This document shows positions 10,101-19,189 of a stretch of 55,693 nt of DNA, one piece after another. Source of the DNA: a virus (lineage: Duplodnaviria; Caudoviricetes); IMG/VR virus record IMGVR_UViG_3300049926_000024, positions 1 through 55,693 of that record; one strand, 5' to 3'. The first letter of the stretch is position 1, and each line of letters starts with the position of its first letter. The translations under genes and the position numbers were made by a program. The notes under the pieces were generated by a model that worked only from the letters and a program-made list of their open reading frames with translations, searched no databases and was not told where the DNA came from.

Positions 10101-12545
10101 TTCTGACGCTTGAATGAATGGTTTAGCTTTCGCTTCAATCAGTTTCTTATACTGGGCGTCGAATTCTGCAAGGGCTTTTGTGGCCTTTACGCTGGTTACT
10201 TCAGTGTCTTTATAGTCCTGAATCCCCGTTTCCAGTTTATCAATATAGTCCTGGAATGCTGGAGAAGCCTGCTTATAGGCGTCGGTCATTTTGAACTGTT
10301 CAATACGTGCAGCGGCTAGCTGTCCCGCGCCGTCTTTTCCAAGCAGCCCCATCTGAGAAAGCAGGTCACTGTATTGCGCCTGTGTCTTCATGCCGGATTT
10401 TTCAGCGTCTTCTGTACCCTTCAATTTGTCGTTCAGTTCAGCCGTGGCTATGATAGTCTGGACGGTTTTATTATAGCGGTCGGTCCCAGGGACTAAGCCA
10501 AGAGAAACAGCTTTCGTTTCAGCGTTAATCTGGTTAATCATATTGTTGTATACCTCCACGCCCTGCTTCTTTGCTTCAAGCAGCTTTTGCGTATTGGTAT
10601 AGTCGGCGTTGATAGCGTCGATATTCTTCTGGAGTGTGGCCGCCCGGTTCATTTCTGACTTAGTGGCCTCCTGCACATGCGTAGTATGCGTAGCAGTTGC
10701 TACGTCAAGATTTTGCTGCACTGTAAGCCCTGTCTTCATAATAGAAAACAGGTCAGCTTCCGTACCCTTAAATTCTTTCAGCTTTGCGTCAGCATCAGCA
10801 ATTTTGTCCCCGTAGCCTCCAGCATCGAAGAAGCCGTTCTGCTTGGCAACGTCGTTCGTAAGGTCTATCTCCCCCGCCCGAAGTTTCGGGGTAGGCCGGT
10901 TCTTCAGTTCTTGCTGTTGAAGGGCATTCTGCTGTTGATACAGGACTTTCAGGTTCTTCAAACGCTCTTCAGTATCCTTAATTAATAACTGGGTACTTTT
11001 GATTTGTTCAAACTGTTCGTTACGCAGGGCGGCAGTGCCGTTTTCCCGGCCTTCTTTAAGCTGCTTCTCAATATCCACCGCACGGGCAACTACCCCGATA
11101 TGGGCTTCCTGAATCTTTTGCAGTTCGCTAGTCTGGGAAGTGTAATACACGGCGGCGGCTGCCAGGGCTGCCAGGGCTGCCACCAGTAGGGTAGCCGGTC
11201 CAAGCAACGCCGCGATTCCGGCCAGAACAGAACCCGCCAGTATAATCCCTAAGCCTGTCATTGCGGCGGCAACAATATCCGCATTCTTGCCAAGCCATCC
11301 CAGGGCGGCACTTAGCCCGTTAATTGTCCCTGTGGCAGTAGTGATTTGAGCGAAAGCCTTTGACATTTCAGTATTGAAAGACGTAAGCGAACGCGCCAGG
11401 GAAGGGGGAAGTGAAGCAAATTGTGCGTCCACGTCCTTCAAGCCCTTAGTAATGGCATTGAATAAATCCTGTGAACTAAACTGTCCCTTCTTTATCAGTT
11501 CTCTAATTTCCACCAGCGGCTTACCCAGGCCGTCAGAAATTACCTTCCCGATAGCTGGGAAGTCAAGCAGTAGCCTATTGAACTGCTGCGCCCGAACAGT
11601 TCCTTGTTCCAGGGCATGGGAAAGCTCTAAGATAGTGCTGTTTAAATGGCCCGCATCCAGTTTATTGATAGCTGCCAGCTTGTCAAAGCTTCCGATAAAA
11701 GTAACAAGCTGCGCGTTATTCACCCCTAAAGAATGTGTCACAAGTGAAAGCTGCTGGAACAGGCGAATATTGCCTTCCAGAACAGTCCCTGTTTTTACGG
11801 AAGCATCAAACAGGCCTTTGCTCACGGCCAGGTAATCCCCGGTAGTGGCAGTAATGATTTTTATTTTGGCCTGAAGCTGTGTGTATTCGTCAGCCTGTTC
11901 AAGAATATGTTTAGCCCCGAACACTAAGCCAAGGCCTCCCATAATGGAAGTCAGTGCCGCCGCGCCCTGGCCTACGTCAGCCATTGATTTTTTCACCCCG
12001 TCAAGACTTCCACCGAAGACTTTAGCAGTACGAGCGTTAACCTGGTGGGTGTTTTCTAGCTGGGCTAAAGAAGCGGTGTACTGGGCGGCGTTAATCTGGC
12101 CAGATTTATAGGCCTCTTTCAGAACACCCTGCGCCTGTGACACGGTCGCGGTGTCTTTCGCTAGGTTATTCAATTTTGAAGAGGCTTGAAGGTAGGCGTC
12201 AGTTGCTGCCCGAACGGAAGCAGAAGAAGCCCCGATTCCCTGGCCGAAACGTGTAAAAGCATCGTTAGCGGTGTTGAACCTTGCGGCGGCCTGCTGGGCG
12301 GCACTGCCTGCTTTATCCATCTGCGCGGAAAAATCGGTAAGGGTTCGGTTGTTGAAACCCCCCATTACGCGCTGGGTTGCCTGCTGGAGAGAAGAAAAGG
12401 TGCTGTTCAGGCCTGAAGACGTCTTGTTAAGATTATCCGCCGCCTTATCCGCCTGAACAGCGGATTTTGTCATCTTGTCAAGGTCAACGGCTGCTTTGTC
12501 AGCATCTGACTTAATAACAATGCCTAATTCAGCTAAATCCGTCAT
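7173..12545 (-). CDS. Tail tape measure protein
   Basis: About 1790 aa, Ala/Gln-rich helical sequence with a tape-measure-like domain (ADEYTQLQAKIK...ELSHALEQGTVRAQQFN); start MTDLAELG overlaps the chaperone stop (ATGA). Confidence 0.92.
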   Translation of the reverse strand: MTDLAELGIVIKSDADKAAVDLDKMTKSAVQADKAADNLNKTSSGLNSTFSSLQQATQRVMGGFNNRTLTDFSAQMDKAGSAAQQAAARFNTANDAFTRFGQGIGASSASVRAATDAYLQASSKLNNLAKDTATVSQAQGVLKEAYKSGQINAAQYTASLAQLENTHQVNARTAKVFGGSLDGVKKSMADVGQGAAALTSIMGGLGLVFGAKHILEQADEYTQLQAKIKIITATTGDYLAVSKGLFDASVKTGTVLEGNIRLFQQLSLVTHSLGVNNAQLVTFIGSFDKLAAINKLDAGHLNSTILELSHALEQGTVRAQQFNRLLLDFPAIGKVISDGLGKPLVEIRELIKKGQFSSQDLFNAITKGLKDVDAQFASLPPSLARSLTSFNTEMSKAFAQITTATGTINGLSAALGWLGKNADIVAAAMTGLGIILAGSVLAGIAALLGPATLLVAALAALAAAAVYYTSQTSELQKIQEAHIGVVARAVDIEKQLKEGRENGTAALRNEQFEQIKSTQLLIKDTEERLKNLKVLYQQQNALQQQELKNRPTPKLRAGEIDLTNDVAKQNGFFDAGGYGDKIADADAKLKEFKGTEADLFSIMKTGLTVQQNLDVATATHTTHVQEATKSEMNRAATLQKNIDAINADYTNTQKLLEAKKQGVEVYNNMINQINAETKAVSLGLVPGTDRYNKTVQTIIATAELNDKLKGTEDAEKSGMKTQAQYSDLLSQMGLLGKDGAGQLAAARIEQFKMTDAYKQASPAFQDYIDKLETGIQDYKDTEVTSVKATKALAEFDAQYKKLIEAKAKPFIQASEDIQRGLADSIEQGIKDGFGKGKDPIKAFVDTIKETLIKTLSNALAAQITSQFIAPLMQSAANMMQGQEVGNQVGSSLGVQQNSGAANIFGLLGQAKTAYGMYNSFSGGGGTSMLSSLFGSSTASASGTASGLGGLFGSGAASTGATSFGAGIEGFGSLGSVGSFGGAGASGISGVGSGLTGEFAAAGGQSFGAGAGALGSSAASGASSFAGSALPIAGAALAAYSIISDSMSGHKDGPLMGGAKGAMAGAAIAGPWGAVVGGVIGAIAGSLGPSHPQTHASAFQGNVGGDGTLTDLTYGQDRGSIDTAKSLATGLSTMLKSFTDMGINLSQKAVYGDVNSVRGNKYQVLGPSGLQTDVAKSFSFDPSNTDSVSLAIAQVGIELAKGANIANKSLTTALDNIKTDGRKAEDVLADLNFAVNFDSMEKAPKVVGQFETAAKSLMATFADGEEKTNRLGLSIDKYKTYETNATKAFFDAVLSPAAALSPLQQQLKDLHTTFDDLREAAKVLGYSLDTVNQAEKVATAQVGVNFNQSIKSQIQQITDPTAYAIAQLDAQFATIRSDAIASGGDLALVAQLYNLDLAKILKDAANQQATIIANDNTIVRSAGQIIADQVKLFDLQTQNLNDQISAQTDLAKAAQQTRDSFRQLATTLGAAKDSLLTDSSLSPYSPEDRYGIAKDQFNTVSQAALLGDQDALAKLPDVSKQLLSASKDYNGMFAGYVADFDRVQDVLGRTRDLANRQADIADQQLTAANQQITLLQQQVDLLSQVKEAVQNSTSAQPATSAGGGVGVSAASLTDTALASRNAGAAVDLNAMTGAGVSYRQHWTFATLAGYTGTFGSGGWNAYAKANPTAAAEFNQLVQAAGGTPVKFAVGGHSPSLAPYIAGENGPEMIWDKKPRYVSNAHETRRMLTGNNGGQDDLTIAVRELIGEIRKGNNISVSGTQILHDVLTEIKDGTHESADNIRKMAYKKNGTA

Positions 12546-12903
12546 ACCTTGGCTTCCCGCATCGTTTTTAACCACAGGTTATCAAGCCGCCGGATTATAT
12601 CCAGGTCGTAACGGCTAAACCTCACATTCATAAGAATACAATAACTATTTATTGTATTCCAGCTTAAACTTGCGGGGCCATTGACTCCCTGTTCCCTACC
12701 GGTTGCTAAATCATGAAAAACTTCCCATATATCAATCATACCGTCAGGAAAAGCAGGAGCATTTTTTAAAGCGGCTGGAGTTTCGCCCGTTTGCCTTTCG
12801 GCATTTTGCCAATGCTCCAGCGCACTATAACCGTCTTTCCCCCGAAGCGTTGAACTGAAGTAGAATTCAGCAAACGCTTCAAGGGAAGCGGCTAGCTCTT
12901 CAA
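12542..12903 (-). CDS. Tail assembly chaperone C-terminal extension (gpT-like), reached by -1 frameshift
   Basis: The -1 frame after A AAT TTT TTG is open: FEELAASLEAFAEFYF...PDGMIDIWEVF...LDNLWLKTMREAKV. Confidence 0.8.
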
Positions 12904-13302
12904 AAAATTTGCACGATTATCCACGAAAGCCTGGGCTTGTTCGCGGATAGGAGGCAATTTAGTCAGGAGCTTACGAACTTCAGCAACATTGCATTCTGGC
13001 TTCTGGCCGCCTATAAAGACGTTCCAGGAGATAGCAGCTTGCGCCAGTAATTCGATTTCTTCGTTCAAGGATTCTTCCGCAGTTCCAATAAGACGACGTG
13101 TACGGTTAGCTTTTTCAAACTTCGCGTTCGTAATTTTATTTACTGTCTTCTGATAAGTAATGGAATCTTTACCCCGGAAGATGATAAATTGTTCATTACC
13201 GGCGTCGTCAGTAAGAACTTCATTGCTGATAGGGTCACGAAGTACGAGCTTCGCGCCCTGTTCAGCGGTTTCAGAAAAGTCTAGTGCAGATAGGTCAGCC
13301 AT
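12892..13302 (-). CDS. Tail assembly chaperone (gpG-like)
   Basis: Lies between tail tube and tape measure; ends DNRANFLKS over a slippery heptamer. Confidence 0.85.
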   Translation of the reverse strand: MADLSALDFSETAEQGAKLVLRDPISNEVLTDDAGNEQFIIFRGKDSITYQKTVNKITNAKFEKANRTRRLIGTAEESLNEEIELLAQAAISWNVFIGGQKPECNVAEVRKLLTKLPPIREQAQAFVDNRANFLKS

Positions 13303-13326
13303 GTTAATACCTTATGAAAGTTAATA

Positions 13327-14514
13327 TTAAGAAAGATTTGAACGCTGGAATACAATGCTAGAAGCGTCCAGGTTCGTTGCTGACGGAGCAAGCGCAGTGA
13401 ATGCCATAGTAATAGGCAAGCCCTGTGGGTCCGCGTCGGCAATGTCACCACTGCTATATTTCAAGCGTGGAATATAGATGTGCATGAAGTCCGTGCCGTT
13501 CGGGTCGTCAAGGCGCACTTCCAGGGTAGATTCTGTTTCGTTCACGAACTTGTTAAACATGGTCGCGTCTTGGAAAAGAACCGTAAGCTGGCCGGTGATT
13601 TGCGCCCGGTTGCCCCATAACTGGTCAGGGACAAGATTAGAACCTACAACAGGCTTACCGCCTAGGTTGTTGTTCACGTTCAAGGTCAAACCGGTCACTG
13701 TTGCAAGGGAAATTCCGTTTTCACGCAATACACCAGAAACAGCGGCTAGCGGGGAGTGAGTAGAAACAACGTCGTAGGCACTATCAATAGAAGAACTGGC
13801 CAGTGCCGCCATGTCCTGGCCCATGATGCCGAAAGTAGCACGGGTCAAGCCAGTAGGTGGAAGATTCAGCGCAAGCGTATTGATACGGCAGCCTTTAAAC
13901 ACCTGATACTGGACAATGTCCGTATAGGCGCGTTCCATCGTGAAGGAACGGTAAGTGTTGCCGATTGTCAGCTTCTTACCTTGAACGGCAACGCTGAACG
14001 TGCTGTCTGGTGAAGCATCAGTAACCACAGTTTCCGCTACAGTCATGACTGTTGCAGTAAGCGCGGTAATGGTGAAGTTCTTAGCATTGTTCGCAGTAGC
14101 CGCCAGGTTAGTAAACTGAACAACGTCGCCCACTTTAAAGCCTTTCGTAATGAAAGAACCGCCTGCAACGGTGAACGCCTTTGAACCACCATTAGACGTA
14201 ATGCTGGTAAAATCAGTGTTTGAACCAGTTGCGCCGGTTGTCCAGGTTCCGCCCATTAAGGCCTGAAGGAAGTCGTCGTAAGATTGAACCGAAAGTTCGC
14301 CTTCAATGTCCCCGGTAACGTGACGCGTACCGTGGCGCATATCAGCCGTCATGCGGTCAGAACGAATTTCTTCAGATTCGTAAGAATCTTTTTTGAGGTT
14401 AAGGGAATTCTGGACACGACGAACGCGCTTCAAAACTGGCGAAGGCGGCGTAGTGCCGTAAGTTTCTTCTAGGACATAGCCTAAGTCTGAAAGACTTCCT
14501 ACTGCAATAGACAT
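13327..14514 (-). CDS. Major tail tube protein
   Basis: ETYGTTP...SEEIRSDRMTADMRHG...GDIEGELS pattern; position in the tail module. Confidence 0.88.
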   Translation of the reverse strand: MSIAVGSLSDLGYVLEETYGTTPPSPVLKRVRRVQNSLNLKKDSYESEEIRSDRMTADMRHGTRHVTGDIEGELSVQSYDDFLQALMGGTWTTGATGSNTDFTSITSNGGSKAFTVAGGSFITKGFKVGDVVQFTNLAATANNAKNFTITALTATVMTVAETVVTDASPDSTFSVAVQGKKLTIGNTYRSFTMERAYTDIVQYQVFKGCRINTLALNLPPTGLTRATFGIMGQDMAALASSSIDSAYDVVSTHSPLAAVSGVLRENGISLATVTGLTLNVNNNLGGKPVVGSNLVPDQLWGNRAQITGQLTVLFQDATMFNKFVNETESTLEVRLDDPNGTDFMHIYIPRLKYSSGDIADADPQGLPITMAFTALAPSATNLDASSIVFQRSNLS

Positions 14515-14534
14515 GTTGTAAGCTCCTTATAAAG

Positions 14535-14954
14535 TTAAATATGACAAAACCACGGTATCCAAACGGGTAAGCTATAATCGTCGTCGGTCTGGGTCGCTAC
14601 CGCTGGGTAGGGACTTTCACCGATTCGGACAGTGGCCGTTCCTGCTGTGAATGCTGTACCACGCGCAAAATACGCCATTATCGCCGCCGCCTGGGCCTCG
14701 GCATTGCCTGGCCCACCTTCTGCACTATTGCAGGCAGGAATAATAACCATTACATTAAACAAACCGTGGTATTTTGTAAAGCCTGCATTTCCAGCGTAAT
14801 TTACCGGCTGGGCTGGAAGAATCCGCGCCTGTAAATATTTCCCGTCGGCGGGCTTGGTAAAAGCAACGTTTTCATAGGCCACCGGCCACGCACCAACCGC
14901 CGCAGCTAGTGCGGTTTCCAAGGCGGCGCGAATATCCGATAGCGTGTTACTCAT
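14535..14954 (-). CDS. Tail terminator protein (DUF4128-like)
   Basis: IRAALE...PVAYENVAF...YFARGT pattern; directly upstream of the tube gene. Confidence 0.75.
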   Translation of the reverse strand: MSNTLSDIRAALETALAAAVGAWPVAYENVAFTKPADGKYLQARILPAQPVNYAGNAGFTKYHGLFNVMVIIPACNSAEGGPGNAEAQAAAIMAYFARGTAFTAGTATVRIGESPYPAVATQTDDDYSLPVWIPWFCHI

Positions 14955-15362
14955 TTAACTTTTTCCTGCTACTGCGTTATTAACTACCTGCGGAAATTCT
15001 TGAAGGGTCAACGCCACCATGCCACTAGGGGCTTGCTTGCTATGCCCGTTCTCTAACGGTAAAATATACGGTAAATTGTTCGCAAGGTAAAGGTTTTTGC
15101 TTTGAAGCGTGAAAGTATCCACTATCTTAGCGATTTCCAGGGTTGTGTGGGTTGCTTCCGGGTCAACATTCCCAGTATTAGGCTTCGGTCCCACGAAAGT
15201 TCCCACCGAAGCAAGCCAGTTAGCCCTGGCCGCGCCGGTATCCACGGGGGTCTTGAAAACTACGCGAGTAAAAATGTCATAGGCAATCTTTTTTATTACC
15301 ACTTCGGCGTTGCCTTTGGCTTTCTCTACGAACTTTTCAATATTAAGGCTGAATTGTCCCAT
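14955..15362 (-). CDS. HK97 gp10-like neck/tail completion protein
   Basis: TPVDTGAARANW and NNLPYILPLENGHSKQAPSGMV motifs. Confidence 0.85.
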   Translation of the reverse strand: MGQFSLNIEKFVEKAKGNAEVVIKKIAYDIFTRVVFKTPVDTGAARANWLASVGTFVGPKPNTGNVDPEATHTTLEIAKIVDTFTLQSKNLYLANNLPYILPLENGHSKQAPSGMVALTLQEFPQVVNNAVAGKS

Positions 15363-15733
15363 TATTTCCTTACGTGCAATTCATAAAGCAGGACTGTCCC
15401 GCCTGGGTTAAGCACTACCGGCGCAGAAACTACCACGAAAGTTTCCCCCGCAATCGTCACCGTGTCGGTGGTCCCTGGGGCCGAAGCCAAGGACGTCCCG
15501 GCAATTAAAACCTTCCTATCCCCATCCTTTATCAGGCTGCCGGGGTTGTTCGTCAGGGACTTGTTATAGTCCAGAAGAACCGCCTTGACGGAAGTATTTA
15601 CTGGCGTGTTCGTCACCTTGCCGGTGGCCGTGTTATACGCCCCTGCTGTGGTTTGGGTGTAGGTTGCTGCCTGCCCGAAGTTTGCTATCAGGTTCTTTGC
15701 AGTCGTGGCAAGTGCAGCATAGTTGAACGTCAT
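15362..15733 (-). CDS. Head closure / head-tail joining protein
   Basis: 123 aa; LIANFGQ...LIKDGDRKVLI...LYELHVRK; position in the neck module. Confidence 0.7.
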   Translation of the reverse strand: MTFNYAALATTAKNLIANFGQAATYTQTTAGAYNTATGKVTNTPVNTSVKAVLLDYNKSLTNNPGSLIKDGDRKVLIAGTSLASAPGTTDTVTIAGETFVVVSAPVVLNPGGTVLLYELHVRK

Positions 15734-15734
15734 G

Positions 15735-16244
15735 CTATGACCTCACAAGGGTAACGTCACCCTGGACAGTGCTGCCAAGGCTACGCAGTAATTCACTCAC
15801 GTAATTGTAGCGTTTTGTGCTGGGGGCAAAAGAGCGATATTTTATTTCAATCGGACCCACCTTTTCGCTTTCTGTGAAGCTGGAGCGGTCAACGTCCGGC
15901 ATGAGGTCTTCACTAAGGGCGCGAACAGCCAGTTCAGCGCATGCGTTCTTCACGGCGGGCGGAACGATGCCTGTAAGCAATGTCCCACGTTCATTATAGA
16001 CGTTCACCCGTGGCCATGCCAAAGCCTGCGCGTCCGTGGCGATAGTCCCACGGAACTTATAGTTCGCATCCAGGTAGGCCGTGGCTACGCGAATAGCCGA
16101 ATCCTTGTTAGTGCTGCTTGCTGCCGTCCATGCGGCAGCAAATGCGCTAGTAGGCCGGTTTCCCCAGTATACAGTGACGTCCGCCTGGCTTATGTAGGCG
16201 TCAGCGTTTGCTAGGCCTGTTCCATCTTCTACAACTAAAGTCAT
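15735..16244 (-). CDS. Head-tail adaptor (DnaT-like phage protein)
   Basis: LVVEDGTGLANADAYIS...QALAWPR...EKVGPIEIKY motifs. Confidence 0.8.
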   Translation of the reverse strand: MTLVVEDGTGLANADAYISQADVTVYWGNRPTSAFAAAWTAASSTNKDSAIRVATAYLDANYKFRGTIATDAQALAWPRVNVYNERGTLLTGIVPPAVKNACAELAVRALSEDLMPDVDRSSFTESEKVGPIEIKYRSFAPSTKRYNYVSELLRSLGSTVQGDVTLVRS

Positions 16245-16993
16245 TTTTCTACCTTCGTCCTTTTACGGGGCTTTGTTATTCCATTCATAGCATCCTGTTC
16301 CCGAAGCCACACGTCAGCATATTCCACATCTTGGCAACCTGGGAACCAGGGACCGCCACGGGTAAAGTGGATATTGTGAATCGGAAAATCATTTTCCTGG
16401 TAGCCTTCCAGCCAGTTCCACCCACGGTCAAGTTCACCTATGAGGTCGTCGGGTAGCCAGTTGAAGCAATGCAGGTAACGCCCTGTCATGGTGTTGATTC
16501 TATCCAGGGTCAAGGCTGCGTTCGCAGGATGCCGGGCATTCCATACGCAGAAGCTTGACCAGTTCTTGCGGGGGTAATTAGTTTGCACCTGCCCTTCCAT
16601 CTTGGCCGAACCTTCAACCACGACATGGTTATGCTTAACGCAAAACAGGGCTTTTTGTGCAGTGATTCCGTCCCAAACCTTGGCAATATCGTCCATTACC
16701 AGCATGTCACTATCCATAAACAGCGGGAACTGGGTTTTCGCAATCTTCGGGACCAGGAAGCGCGTAATGGCGAATTCGGTTGACATAGGTGCGCCGCTTA
16801 TGTCGTCGAACATGACGCCGTCACGGATTGAGGTGGGCCGGTTATAGAGTTCGTGGCCTATCATTTCGGACATGATTACAGGCTTGACTTCCACCGGGCA
16901 GGAAGCCCGCTTGCGAATGGAATATTCACAAACCTTATAGGCCTCTTCCTCTTTAGGGTCGAACCCTATAAAAATTTCTCTAAAGTCCGTCAT
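16241..16993 (-). CDS. GT-A fold glycosyltransferase (GT8/CDI-like)
   Basis: IFIGFDPKE...STEFAITRFLVP...FMDSDML (DxD motif)...YPRKNWSS...IHFTRGGPWF. Confidence 0.82.
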   Translation of the reverse strand: MTDFREIFIGFDPKEEEAYKVCEYSIRKRASCPVEVKPVIMSEMIGHELYNRPTSIRDGVMFDDISGAPMSTEFAITRFLVPKIAKTQFPLFMDSDMLVMDDIAKVWDGITAQKALFCVKHNHVVVEGSAKMEGQVQTNYPRKNWSSFCVWNARHPANAALTLDRINTMTGRYLHCFNWLPDDLIGELDRGWNWLEGYQENDFPIHNIHFTRGGPWFPGCQDVEYADVWLREQDAMNGITKPRKRTKVEK

Positions 16994-17768
16994 TGTCCCT
17001 AATTATCCTCCACGCCGTCCCGTTTTCAAATTCTTCAAGCGTGAACTGGCAATATGCCAAGCTATGCGCCCATTTCGTACGGTCAGGCATTAATGGCCGT
17101 TCTATGTCCTTCAGGTCTAAATTCCCCACCGGTGCGGCGGCACATTCAGCATCACAGAACACAGGATAGCCTTCTAGCAATGCGTCCACTGCGGCGTTAC
17201 TGCTATGGGTAACAAGGGCGTGGACATTATTGCCGTTCAAATAATCCTGCAAATTCGGCTCTTTAACCTTGGGCCTTATGTATATTTTACGCTGTGTGAG
17301 CGTAGAAAGCAAATGTTTCGTGTCCTCCTCCCACTGGTTGAGGTCAAGGCCTTTGTAACGCCCGTAATTCCCCCCAGGTTTGGCCAGTACCACATTGCGC
17401 CCGCCTACGTGGTAAGGCTTAAGGGTCAACCCCAAAGAAAGGAATCTGTCAGCAGGCCGGTCCAGTATTTTATTCTGGACAAGGGCGTTTTTCGTCACCC
17501 TGTAGTAGCCTTGCCACTTGCCCCGCGCTCCCAGGAAATAGCCGTTGTCTATCTGGTAAAAATCTACTCCCCGTTCAGCGCACTTCTTCATAATTTCGGC
17601 AGAAGCCCAGATTTGTCCCCATACTACCACGCAACCTTCCCCCCTATGCGGAAGCTGGTTTGTATCGTAAAGAAGCTGCCCGCCGCTGCCCTTCATAAGG
17701 CTTCCTACTATGCGTTCGGTCTTCTCTAAGCGTTCGGGGAGTGCGTACCCATAAATCTTTTCTGCCAT
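16980..17768 (-). CDS. GT-B-like protein resembling capsular polysaccharide (CMP/CDP-donor) transferases
   Basis: IDNGYF...IYIRPK...LVTHSSNAAVDALLEGYPVF; paralogous to 20130-21188. Confidence 0.6.
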   Translation of the reverse strand: MAEKIYGYALPERLEKTERIVGSLMKGSGGQLLYDTNQLPHRGEGCVVVWGQIWASAEIMKKCAERGVDFYQIDNGYFLGARGKWQGYYRVTKNALVQNKILDRPADRFLSLGLTLKPYHVGGRNVVLAKPGGNYGRYKGLDLNQWEEDTKHLLSTLTQRKIYIRPKVKEPNLQDYLNGNNVHALVTHSSNAAVDALLEGYPVFCDAECAAAPVGNLDLKDIERPLMPDRTKWAHSLAYCQFTLEEFENGTAWRIIRDNDGL

Positions 17769-17770
17769 AA

Positions 17771-18094
17771 TTACAGCCTTGAAATATCGTCCTCATCCAC
17801 CCGGAAACCATACTGGATTTCGATAAAATAGGCGGGTAATGGGGCCTGGTTTATAAATCTGTGCCATACCTTCGGCTTTATCTTCACACGGCTAAACCGT
17901 TTCATCTTTTGGAAACTATCCATGTAAAACATAGTTCCTTTCCAGCAATACAGGCAGAACCACAGTTCCGTCCGGCTAAAATGCCGCTGCAAAGACAATG
18001 CCCCACCTGGGTCAAACTTCAGCACCTTCACCACAAGGAACCTGGTTTTTATCAAGAAATAATACCAGCCCCAGGCGCGGAAAACCTGCCTATT
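17771..18094 (-). CDS. Cupin domain, type II mannose-6-phosphate isomerase C-terminal-like (start uncertain)
   Basis: RAWGWY...VKVLKFDPGGALSLQRHFSRTELW...WHRFIN...IEIQYG...EDDISRL; no ATG near the domain start; lies in the +1 frame of the upstream gene. Confidence 0.75.
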   Translation of the reverse strand, partial: NRQVFRAWGWYYFLIKTRFLVVKVLKFDPGGALSLQRHFSRTELWFCLYCWKGTMFYMDSFQKMKRFSRVKIKPKVWHRFINQAPLPAYFIEIQYGFRVDEDDISRL

Positions 18095-18500
18095 TTTCAG
18101 CCCAGTTAGAAAGAAGAGTGCTACTTGCTTGTAATTTTCCGCCACCGATACCAAACAGCGGAATAATACCAAGGTTGCGGCATGTAGCCAGTTCAGGCGT
18201 ATTTTCACTTTCACGGTCGCCCCCATTAGCGAAATAATCAGGTGTATAAGTCGCTAGGGTAAAACAAACCGTCCCGTCATAGTCGTTCGCGGTAATCACT
18301 TTGTCCACATAGCGGATAGATTCCAGTATGGTCTTTCTGGTGGCGAAGTCCATAAAAGGCTTACCCTTTTTCTTCGTCAGCCATTCATCAGTATTCAAGA
18401 TAACGGTAACCTTCCCGTAGGAGCTTGCCGCCTTCAGAAGGGCTATGTGTCCAGCATGAATAGGGTCGAATCCCCCACTTACAGCTACAATTTTGTTCAT
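18090..18500 (-). CDS. Cytidylyltransferase-family (HxGH) nucleotidyltransferase
   Basis: SGGFDPIHAGH, NTDEWL..KKGKPF, FANGGDR...NTPE; ATGA overlap with the upstream gene. Confidence 0.88.
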   Translation of the reverse strand: MNKIVAVSGGFDPIHAGHIALLKAASSYGKVTVILNTDEWLTKKKGKPFMDFATRKTILESIRYVDKVITANDYDGTVCFTLATYTPDYFANGGDRESENTPELATCRNLGIIPLFGIGGGKLQASSTLLSNWAEK

Positions 18501-19189
18501 TTTCTCTTCCTTTTCGGCCATATCATTATGAAGTCACCGCCTAAATCCTTGGCCCGGACCATCCCCAGGCTTTCCAGGTAGGCTATAGCGTTCTGCTTGC
18601 CCTCTCCTTCAAAATTCTTCGTGTCATTACCCTTATTTTCGCAAATAATGACCGGCTTGCAGCGCAATATCGTAGGGGTTGCCCCTTCCAGGACGTTCAA
18701 TTCAAACCCTTCCACGTCCACCTTGATAAAATCCACTTCGGCAAGCTGCGAGGTGTAACTTTCCAGGGTTGTCATGGGGACTTGACTGCCTGGCCCCATT
18801 TTTATATGGGTGTTGCCCGTGTTGCCTGCCGTATAAATCAAGTCCACCATGCCCGAACCCGCGCCCAGGGCTACTTCGTGCAGCACAACGTTCTTTGCAC
18901 CCGCGATATTGCGCCGGAACAGTTCAGCATGCAGGGCATGGGGTTCAAAGGCTATCACCTGCTCAAAATTCCGGCGTAAACTCATAGTCCAGAAGCCCAC
19001 ATGCGCCCCAATGTCCAGGGCAACCCGCCTTTTGTGGACATACCGCATGCTTGCAACGAATTTCTTGTGTTGATATGTTCCGCGCCCGTGGACTTCAGGG
19101 TTTTTGTCCATCATGGCCGGGAAGTGGGTATCTGTGGCAGGAAGCCACACCCCTTTATAAATTTTGCCAATATCTTTCTGGACGGTCAA
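18497..19189 (-). CDS. FkbM-family SAM-dependent methyltransferase
   Basis: LDIGAHVG, AFEP, FIKVDVEGFE motifs. Confidence 0.9.
   Translation of the reverse strand: MTVQKDIGKIYKGVWLPATDTHFPAMMDKNPEVHGRGTYQHKKFVASMRYVHKRRVALDIGAHVGFWTMSLRRNFEQVIAFEPHALHAELFRRNIAGAKNVVLHEVALGAGSGMVDLIYTAGNTGNTHIKMGPGSQVPMTTLESYTSQLAEVDFIKVDVEGFELNVLEGATPTILRCKPVIICENKGNDTKNFEGEGKQNAIAYLESLGMVRAKDLGGDFIMIWPKRKRK

Noticed and set aside
17771-18226. 151-aa cupin starting at ATG 18226
   Set aside because: It would overlap the cytidylyltransferase by 137 nt with a non-cupin N-terminus; the recognisable domain begins only at the upstream gene's stop
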